In this document: positions 57,796 to 64,000 of the stretch, in pieces
Position numbering within the stretch: position 1 is the stretch's first letter
Layout: each line of letters starts with the position of its first letter
Source of the DNA: Arenibaculum sp.
GTDB taxonomy: Bacteria; Pseudomonadota; Alphaproteobacteria; Azospirillales; Azospirillaceae
Reading direction: 5' to 3'
Assembly: GCF_035998295.1 (NCBI RefSeq)
Contig: NZ_DASYHS010000024.1
Coordinates: 2,742 to 66,741, forward strand
Length of the DNA stretch: 64,000 nucleotides
Position numbers and translations under genes: made by a program
The notes under the pieces: model-generated
Databases searched by the model: none
Seen by the model: only the letters and a program-made list of their open reading frames with translations
Told to the model about the DNA's origin: nothing

Positions 57796-59044
57796 CGACG
57801 CCGTCCTTCTGGAGCCGGTCGAGGTGCAGGCGGATATGGGCCGCCTCGGCGGCGGTGTTGGCGAGCGCGATGGCCTGGTCGAAGGCGACCCGCGCTTCCT
57901 CCCCGCGGCCGAGCTGCAGCAGCAGGGCACCCCTCACCCCGAAGAAGTGGAAATAGCCCGACAGCCGCGGGGCCAGCGGCTCGATCATGTCGAGGGCCGC
58001 CGCCGGGCCGCGCGTCTTGGCGACGGCGACCGCCCGGTTCAGCGTGACGACGGGCGAGGGCTGCATGCGCTCCAGCATCGCGTAGAGCCGGTCGATCTGG
58101 GCCCAGTCCGTGTGCTCGGCCCGTGCGGCGCGGGCGTGCAGGCCGGCGATCGCCGCCTGGACCTGGTAGGGGCCGGGGCGGGCATGGCGCATCGCCTTGT
58201 CGATCAGCGCCAGCCCCTCGGCGATGAGCCTGCCGTCCCACAGGCCCCGGTCCTGGTCCTCCAGGAGCACGATCTCCCCGTTCGCGTCCAGCCGCGCGGG
58301 CGTGCGCGCGTGCTGCAGGAGCAGCAATGCCGTCAGCCCCATGACCTCGGGCTCGCCGCGGAAAAGCCGCAGCAGCAGCCGGGCAAGCCGGATCGCCTCG
58401 TCGCACAGCGGCCGCCGCCGCGCCGCCGCCTCGCCGGAGGCCGAATATCCCTCGTTGAAGACCAGGTAGATCATCGCCGCGACGGCGGCGAGGCGCTCCG
58501 CGCGCTCGGGCGCGCCCGGCGTCTCGAACGCGACCCCGGCCTTGGCGATGCGGTTCTTGGCCCGGGTGATGCGCTGCTCCATCGCGCTTTCCCCGACCAG
58601 GAAGGCGCGCGCGATCTGCGCCACCGACAGCCCACTGACGATGCGCAGCGCGAGCGCGACCTGATGGGCCGCCGGCAGGTCGGGGTGGCAGCAGATGAAC
58701 AGCAGGCGCAGGATGTCGTCGCGGTAGTCCGCGTCGTCGAGCCGCTCGGCGATCGCGGTCTCGGCGTCGTCGAGGTCGGAGACGAGCTCGTCGTCTTCGG
58801 GCAGCGGCTCCTGCCTGCCGCGGCGGCGGATGTGGTCGATCGCCACGTTCCGCCCGACGAAGATGAGCCAGGCCGCCGGGTCCCGCGGCGGGCCGTTGCG
58901 CGGCCAGGCCTTCAGCGCACGCAGGCACGCCTCCTGGAACGCCTCCTCGGCCGTGTCGAGGTCGCGGAAATGGCGCAGGAGCGCGCCGACCGCCTGCGGG
59001 CGCGCCGCCGACAGCGCCGCATCGATCCAGGCGGCGTCGCTCAC
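57755..59044 (-). CDS. ECF-type RNA polymerase sigma factor with long C-terminal TPR-like extension (COG4941-type)
   Basis: Sigma region 2 (EEAFQEACLRALKAWPRNGPPRDPAAWLIFVGRNVAIDHIRRR) and region 4 (LALRIVSGLSVAQIARAFLVGESAMEQRITRAK), then a C-terminal domain of about 230 aa. The GTG start overlaps the yciI-like stop (GTGA). The track ORF over-extends. Confidence 0.8.
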   Translation of the reverse strand: MSDAAWIDAALSAARPQAVGALLRHFRDLDTAEEAFQEACLRALKAWPRNGPPRDPAAWLIFVGRNVAIDHIRRRGRQEPLPEDDELVSDLDDAETAIAERLDDADYRDDILRLLFICCHPDLPAAHQVALALRIVSGLSVAQIARAFLVGESAMEQRITRAKNRIAKAGVAFETPGAPERAERLAAVAAMIYLVFNEGYSASGEAAARRRPLCDEAIRLARLLLRLFRGEPEVMGLTALLLLQHARTPARLDANGEIVLLEDQDRGLWDGRLIAEGLALIDKAMRHARPGPYQVQAAIAGLHARAARAEHTDWAQIDRLYAMLERMQPSPVVTLNRAVAVAKTRGPAAALDMIEPLAPRLSGYFHFFGVRGALLLQLGRGEEARVAFDQAIALANTAAEAAHIRLHLDRLQKDGVATPPATRGRSTGI

Positions 59045-59412
59045 GTCGGCAGGTTCCCCGGCCGGAGCAGGAGCAGCGGCCGGATCTCGTACGCGCCCTG
59101 GCTCGGGTTCGCCTGCGCCAGGGCGCGCGCGATCCCGATCGCCTCGTCGAGCCCGTCGCAGTCCACGACGTAGAAGCCGAGGAGCTGCTCCTTGGTCTCG
59201 GCGAACGGACCGTCGATCACCAGCGGCTCGTCCCGCTTCCTGAGCGTGGTCGCCGCGGTCGTCGGCATCAGGCGGGCGACCGGCCCGAGCTTGCTCCGCT
59301 CGGCGAGCCCGCGCTGGACGGCCGCGAGGCGGTCCATCACCGCGTCCTCCTCCTCCTTCGACCAGGCGCCGACGGCCGCTTCGGAGTCGTAGCAGAGGAT
59401 GGCGTAGAGCAT
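59041..59412 (-). CDS. YciI family protein
   Basis: 123 aa. MLYAILCYDSE...IDGPFAETKEQLLGFYVVDCDGLDEAIGIA is the typical YciI/DGPF pattern. Pairing with a COG4941 sigma factor is well known. Confidence 0.85.
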   Translation of the reverse strand: MLYAILCYDSEAAVGAWSKEEEDAVMDRLAAVQRGLAERSKLGPVARLMPTTAATTLRKRDEPLVIDGPFAETKEQLLGFYVVDCDGLDEAIGIARALAQANPSQGAYEIRPLLLLRPGNLPT

Positions 59413-59483
59413 GTGACGGTCCCTCGTTCCTTATCTCTCGAACGAGTATGCCGGCCGCCGGCGCGGCGTCGAGAACAAACTCC

Positions 59484-60383
59484 TCAGGCGCTGGCGGCGG
59501 GCCGCGCGTCCGGCGAGGCCGGGGCCTTCGTCCAGGCGCCGGCCCCCGTCCACACCGCGTGCCCGTCGAAGCCGAGCCCGGCCAGGAATGCCGACAGGCT
59601 GCCGATTCGCCCCGGATCGGCCGTGAACAGCATGCGGTCGCCGCCCGGCGCCGCCGGCCGGGCGGGCAGTGCGGCGAGCACGTTCGCGAGCCGCCGCGCC
59701 ACCGCGGGCGCGGGATCGATCCAATGAACCTCGCGCGGGGCGGCATCGCGGAACACGTCGAGCAGCAGCGGGTAATGCGTGCATCCCAGCGCCACCGCGT
59801 CCACCGGGGCGCCCTCGTCTTCGAACAGCGGGGCCAGGATCCCGCGGACAAGCTCGCGGCTCACGGGGCGGTCGCGCATGCGGTCCTCGGCGAGCGGCGC
59901 CAGCAGTGGCGAGCCGACGCGCACCACCCGGCAATCGCCCGCGAAGGTGCGGATCAGGTCGTCGACATAGCTGCGCCGCGCCGTGCCCGCGGTGGCGAGC
60001 AGCCCGATGACGCGGGTGCGCGACAGCGCCGCGGCCGGCTTGATCGGCGGCACGACCCCGACCACCGGCACGTCGAGCCGGGCGCGCAGGTCGTCGAGGA
60101 CGACCGTGCTCGCGGTGTTGCAGGCCACCACGAGCGCGTCGCCCCCGTGGGCCGCGAGCACGCCGGTCGCGACGTCGCGGATCCGGCGGACGAGGTCGGC
60201 CTCCTCGATCCCGCCATAGGGGAAGGCTTCGTTGTCCGCGACGTAGGTCACCGCGAGGCCGGGCAGCGCCTCGCGGATCGCGCGCACGACCGTGAGGCCG
60301 CCGACGCCGGAATCGACGACGACGATCCGGCCCGCCGGACCGGCGGGCCAGGGGAGGGGGGCTGTCGGCTGTTCGTGCTGCAT
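59484..60383 (-). CDS. murI: glutamate racemase
   Basis: VVDSGVGGLTV, VVACNTAS and LGCTHYPLL (two catalytic Cys motifs). ATG 60383 is preferred. Confidence 0.9.
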   Translation of the reverse strand: MQHEQPTAPLPWPAGPAGRIVVVDSGVGGLTVVRAIREALPGLAVTYVADNEAFPYGGIEEADLVRRIRDVATGVLAAHGGDALVVACNTASTVVLDDLRARLDVPVVGVVPPIKPAAALSRTRVIGLLATAGTARRSYVDDLIRTFAGDCRVVRVGSPLLAPLAEDRMRDRPVSRELVRGILAPLFEDEGAPVDAVALGCTHYPLLLDVFRDAAPREVHWIDPAPAVARRLANVLAALPARPAAPGGDRMLFTADPGRIGSLSAFLAGLGFDGHAVWTGAGAWTKAPASPDARPAASA

Positions 60384-60437
60384 GGCGCCGCGGGTTCCCG
60401 GCTGATGGGACGGAGGAACAGTCTGCCGCCGCAACGG

Positions 60438-61304
60438 TCAACGAATCGTGAGCGGCGCCCCGTCGGCGAACCAGCCTTTCTCGGTCCACTGACGGCGCGC
60501 TTCCGGCCAGTCCCGGAAGATGTCCTTCGGCGCGCCGTGGTCGCCGGTCGGGCAGGCATGGGTGACGAGCATGCCTTCGACCCAGGCATGGTACAGGAAG
60601 CCCGGCGGCTCCGCGACCGTGTAGGGCACGCCGGCCTCGGCCATGTCCAGGTGCATCTGGTAGGAGGTCGAGGGCGAGACGCTGACCGTGGCGCCGTTCC
60701 AGGACGCGTGCGCGGTGCGGTGCAGGTGCCCGCACACGATGCGCGCCACCGGCGGATGCCGCGCCAGCGTCTGGGCGAGGGCGTCGGCCCCCTTCAGACG
60801 TATCCGGTCCATGAACCACATGCCGCTCGGGATCGGGGGGTGGTGCATCGCGAGCAGCACCGGCCGTCCCGAAGCCTCGGCCAGGCGCGCGTCCAGCCAG
60901 GCGAGCCGATCCTCGGACAGGGCGCCGTCCGGCCGGCCGGGCAGCGTCGTGTCCAGGGCGACGACGCGCAGCGGCCCGGCGTCGAAGGCGTACTGGACCG
61001 GGCCCGATCCGCCGAGATAGCCGTGGTCGGGGAAGACGGCGCGCAGCGCCTCGGCCCGGTCGTGGTTGCCGGCCATGACCCGGTAGGGAACCTCCAGCCG
61101 GTCCGCGATCGCGCGGAAGGTCCGGTACGCGGCCTCGCTGCCGTCGTCGACGAGGTCGCCGGTGAACAGCACCAGGTCCGGGCGCAGGGCCGCGCGGTTG
61201 ACGAAGTCGACCGCCGCCGCGAGGTCGGCATTGGTGTCGCCGTGCTCGGACGGCGGCGTGCCCGCCGCCTGGACATGCGGGTCCGTCAGTTGGGCGATGA
61301 TCAT
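60438..61304 (-). CDS. metallophosphoesterase (CpdA/Icc-like phosphodiesterase)
   Basis: Calcineurin-like motifs LTDPHV, FTGDLVDDG, MAGNHD, AMHHPP and VCGHLH. RBS is GGGAG. It starts 11 nt after the stop of the KamA-like gene. Confidence 0.8.
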   Translation of the reverse strand: MIIAQLTDPHVQAAGTPPSEHGDTNADLAAAVDFVNRAALRPDLVLFTGDLVDDGSEAAYRTFRAIADRLEVPYRVMAGNHDRAEALRAVFPDHGYLGGSGPVQYAFDAGPLRVVALDTTLPGRPDGALSEDRLAWLDARLAEASGRPVLLAMHHPPIPSGMWFMDRIRLKGADALAQTLARHPPVARIVCGHLHRTAHASWNGATVSVSPSTSYQMHLDMAEAGVPYTVAEPPGFLYHAWVEGMLVTHACPTGDHGAPKDIFRDWPEARRQWTEKGWFADGAPLTIR

Positions 61305-61315
61305 CGGCGCTCCCG

Positions 61316-62668
61316 TCACTCCGCGGCTGCGGGGCGCTCGCCAGCCAGCCCGCCGGCCGCCCCGCCGGGCACGGTAGCGCCTTCGGCGACATGGGGAAAG
61401 AAGCGCGCGTCGGCCGGGCTCGCCGGGCGGAGCTGGTCGAACCATGTCGCCTCGGGGTCGAAGGCGGCATGGAACGGGCGGTTCACCCAGTCCGGGTCGC
61501 GCGCCTGGAGGAAGCGGAGCGCGAACCGCTGCTCGCCGCCGATCTCGACCGTGCCGTCGACGACGACCTTTCCGGGCAGCGTGCTCATGGACGGGCCGCG
61601 CACCGTGCGCGCGAGGCCCGAGACCCCGCGGTAGGCCTCGGCGAAGATCCGCGCGGCACGGGCGAGCGGCACCTCGAAATACCGCCGCGGCCCCGTGTCG
61701 CGCTCGACGAACATGTAGTAGGGGATCATGCCGAGCCGGGTCGCGAGGCGCCACAGCTCCGCCCAGGCGGCCGGGTCGTCGTTGATCCGCCGCAGCAGGG
61801 GCGCCTGGACGCGCAAGGTCGCCCCGGTGGCGCGGATGCGCGCGATCGCCGCCCGCACGACCGGGGTCGACAGCTCGACCGGATGGTTCACATGCGCCAT
61901 CACCGCCACGTGCCGGCCCGACAGCGTGATCCGCTCGAACAGGCGCAGGAGGTCGTCGGCGTCCGGGTCGGTCACGAACCGGTGCGGCCAGTAGGTCAGC
62001 GCCTTGGTGCCGAAACGGATCGTCGAGACGTGGTCGAGCGCCGGGTCGAGCAGGGGTTCGACATGCCGTGCCAGCACCGCGGCCTTCATCACCATCGGGT
62101 CGCCGCCCGTGACCAGGACGTCGGTGAGCTCGGGGGTGCGGCGCAGGAAGGCGACGAGGTCGTCCGAGCCCTGCGCTTGGATGCGCAGGTCCGGGTCGCC
62201 GACGAATTGCGGCCAGCGGAAGCAGAAGGTGCAATAGGCGTGGCACACCTGCCCCGCGGCCGGGAAATACAGGACCGTCTCACGGTACTTGCGCTGCAGC
62301 CCCTGCAGCGCGCGTCCGTCGATCTCGGGCACGTTGTGGCTGAGCTGGCCGGCCGGATGCGGGTTCAGGCCCGCACGGATGCGCTCGGCCGTCGGGCGGA
62401 CTCCGTCGCCCCGCGCCAGGGCCGCCGCCATTTCCGCGTATTCGGCCGGGGCGAGCATCTCGCCCAGCGGGAAGACCAGCCGGAACATCGGGTCGTCGGG
62501 CACGGCCGCCCAGTCGATCAGCTCTTCGAGGACATAGGCGTTGACGCGGAACGGAAGCACTTGGCCGACGACGCGGATGCCGTCGCGCAGGTCCCCGGGA
62601 ATGCGCTCCCAGAACGGGCTGCGCTCGATCGTGGACAGGGTGATCGGCTGGTACCGGCGCTCGGTCAT
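61316..62668 (-). CDS. KamA family radical SAM protein (lysine 2,3-aminomutase-like)
   Basis: CxxxCxxC cluster CHAYCTFCFR preceded by RKYRETVLYFP. TGGDPMV and HVNHPVE are typical KamA segments. Size is 450 aa. Confidence 0.85.
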   Translation of the reverse strand: MTERRYQPITLSTIERSPFWERIPGDLRDGIRVVGQVLPFRVNAYVLEELIDWAAVPDDPMFRLVFPLGEMLAPAEYAEMAAALARGDGVRPTAERIRAGLNPHPAGQLSHNVPEIDGRALQGLQRKYRETVLYFPAAGQVCHAYCTFCFRWPQFVGDPDLRIQAQGSDDLVAFLRRTPELTDVLVTGGDPMVMKAAVLARHVEPLLDPALDHVSTIRFGTKALTYWPHRFVTDPDADDLLRLFERITLSGRHVAVMAHVNHPVELSTPVVRAAIARIRATGATLRVQAPLLRRINDDPAAWAELWRLATRLGMIPYYMFVERDTGPRRYFEVPLARAARIFAEAYRGVSGLARTVRGPSMSTLPGKVVVDGTVEIGGEQRFALRFLQARDPDWVNRPFHAAFDPEATWFDQLRPASPADARFFPHVAEGATVPGGAAGGLAGERPAAAE

Positions 62669-62907
62669 GAGGATTCATCCCATGGTATTCTGTAATTCTG
62701 GAGAAATCTGCGGACATTCCGAATGAATACGAGTGTATTCGTCATGAAGATCTGACAATAGGCCCGCCAAACCGTTAGCCGAACAGCCATCTTTCAGTAA
62801 CATAACTGTAATTATCGGTTTGACAACGTAGTATATGCCGTGCGAAATCGGACTCAGTGTTCGAATTCGAGTTCGAACCTCCCGCTCACCCTCGGAGAGG
62901 CGCAGGC

Positions 62908-63096
62908 ATGGCAACGACGGCCAAGATCACGTTGACGGCGGAGCAGCGCGCGTCGCTGGCCCGCGACCTGCGCATCGGAGTGGACGCCGTTCCGAACGAG
63001 CTTGCGGTCGTGGCGATCTCGCCGGAGGCGGGCGCCAGCCTCGGGCTGCCGAACGAGAGCGCGCCGCGCTTCTCCCCCGCGCTGATCATCACGTGA
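62908..63096 (+). CDS. hypothetical 62-aa peptide (candidate precursor/small protein)
   Basis: ATG 62908 lies 7 nt after GGAGAGG. The sequence is MATTAKITLTAEQRASLARDLRIGVDAVPNELAVVAISPEAGASLGLPNESAPRFSPALIIT. It lies 21 nt upstream of the RibB-like gene. Coding status is unproven. Confidence 0.5.
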   Translation: MATTAKITLTAEQRASLARDLRIGVDAVPNELAVVAISPEAGASLGLPNESAPRFSPALIIT

Positions 63097-63117
63097 CCGG
63101 AACGGAGGCCGACTGAC

Positions 63118-63768
63118 ATGCCCGTGACGGAACTCGGCGCTTCCGGTCCCCTGTCTCCCACGCTCGCCCGCGCGGTGGCCCAGCTCCGCGCGGGGCGGCC
63201 GGTCATCCTGTGCGACGCCGGCTCGCGCGAGGACGAGGGCGACCTCGCCTTCGCCGCCGGCACCTGCACGCCCGAGCTGGTGAACTTCACCTTGAGCAAT
63301 GCGCGCGGCGTGCTCTGCATATCGATGCCGCCGGCGACCGCGGCGCGCATCGGCGTCCAGCGGCTGGCCGCGAACGGCGGCGACCCGATGGGCACGCCGT
63401 TCGGCTATCCCGTCTCGGTGGTCGGCCACGGCTCGGGCGTGTCCGCGGCGTCGCGCTGCGCGACGATCCGGGCCGTCGCCGACGAGGCGAGCCGGCCGGA
63501 GGACTTCGCCAAACCCGGCCACATCGCGACGCTGATCGCGCATCCCGGCGGCGTGCGGGCGCGCGACGGCCACACGGAAGCGATCCTCGACCTGCTGCGG
63601 ATCGCCGGGATCCCCGGTCCCGGCGTCCTGTGCGAGATCCTGGCGCCGAGCGGCGAGATCGCCGGGCGCGCCGAACTCGCGAAGCTGAGCGAGGAGCACG
63701 GGCTGCCCATCCTCGACATCGCCGAGGTCGTGGCCCATCTGGCGCTCGCCGACGCGGAGGCGACGTGA
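63118..63768 (+). CDS. 3,4-dihydroxy-2-butanone-4-phosphate synthase-like protein (divergent stand-alone RibB paralog)
   Basis: REDEGDLAF, GVSAASR, KPGHIATL, DGHTEAILDL and GVLCEI align with RibB motifs. Size is 216 aa and there is no RibA domain. Confidence 0.8.
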   Translation: MPVTELGASGPLSPTLARAVAQLRAGRPVILCDAGSREDEGDLAFAAGTCTPELVNFTLSNARGVLCISMPPATAARIGVQRLAANGGDPMGTPFGYPVSVVGHGSGVSAASRCATIRAVADEASRPEDFAKPGHIATLIAHPGGVRARDGHTEAILDLLRIAGIPGPGVLCEILAPSGEIAGRAELAKLSEEHGLPILDIAEVVAHLALADAEAT

Positions 63769-64000
63769 CGCCGCTGCGCCATCTCGGACGGCCGCCGCTG
63801 CGGCTCGACGGCGGCGCGGACGGACGGTGGCGGCTGGAAGGGGGGGGCACGCTCCTTAACGCGAGCGGCGGGCCGCTGGTCCAGACGCTGGCGCAGCCAC
63901 CGCAGCCGCCGGACGACCTCTACGACGTCGTGACCCCCTCCGGCGGGGTCGAGACGCCCGTCCGGGCCCGGCTGGAACGCGAGCTGCTGGCCCGCGCGGG
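63765..64000 (+). CDS. hypothetical protein, 5' fragment (runs off the window)
   Basis: The GTG start overlaps the RibB-like stop (GTGA). The frame is open to position 64000 (VTPLRHLGRPPLRLDGGADGRWRLEGGGTLLNASGGPLVQ...). It is absent from the ORF track because no stop is reached. No motif recognised. Confidence 0.35.
   Translation, partial: MTPLRHLGRPPLRLDGGADGRWRLEGGGTLLNASGGPLVQTLAQPPQPPDDLYDVVTPSGGVETPVRARLERELLARA

Overview
This is a very GC-rich chromosomal segment, roughly two-thirds to 70 percent GC by eye (not computed). The gene order looks alphaproteobacterial (Rhodospirillales-like). I support about 55 protein-coding genes and one tRNA-Leu(CAA). I found no rRNA, no CRISPR array, and no transposase, integrase or prophage genes.

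Most of the window is core housekeeping in well-known synteny blocks:
- proA-nadD-rsfS-rlmH and gpmI-envC-ctpA-yibQ-rppH
- cspA and infA, then rhlE and mnmC
- typA, tamA-tamB, polA, murI

Interspersed are signalling genes: two MCPs, a CHASE-like/PAS histidine kinase with its receiver, and a 7TMR-DISM hybrid kinase. There are also a few accessory-looking modules. Because of the GC content, the six-frame track is full of long antisense or out-of-frame shadow ORFs (up to 1691 aa), which I reject.

I see no recognisable defence system. The loci that most deserve a second look are:
1. The right edge (60.4-64.0 kb). An AT-rich divergent promoter region separates a KamA-type radical SAM plus metallophosphoesterase operon from a 62-aa peptide ORF. 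That ORF is followed by a divergent stand-alone RibB paralog and an overlapping further ORF cut by the window end.
2. An IclR-controlled operon (45.0-51.1 kb) of a NitT/TauT-type ABC transporter, a cyclic amidohydrolase and a COG0523 GTPase. Its substrate is unknown.
3. A repeat-rich locus at 37.0-38.1 kb, with a roughly 145-bp duplicated gene tail and 12-bp tandem arrays.
4. An orphan intrinsic terminator with a good promoter in the typA leader.
5. REP-like palindromes at 44.8-44.96 kb and a triple hairpin array between cspA and infA.

All functional calls rest on motifs I can read in the translations. No database search was possible. Start codons are often uncertain by tens of codons.
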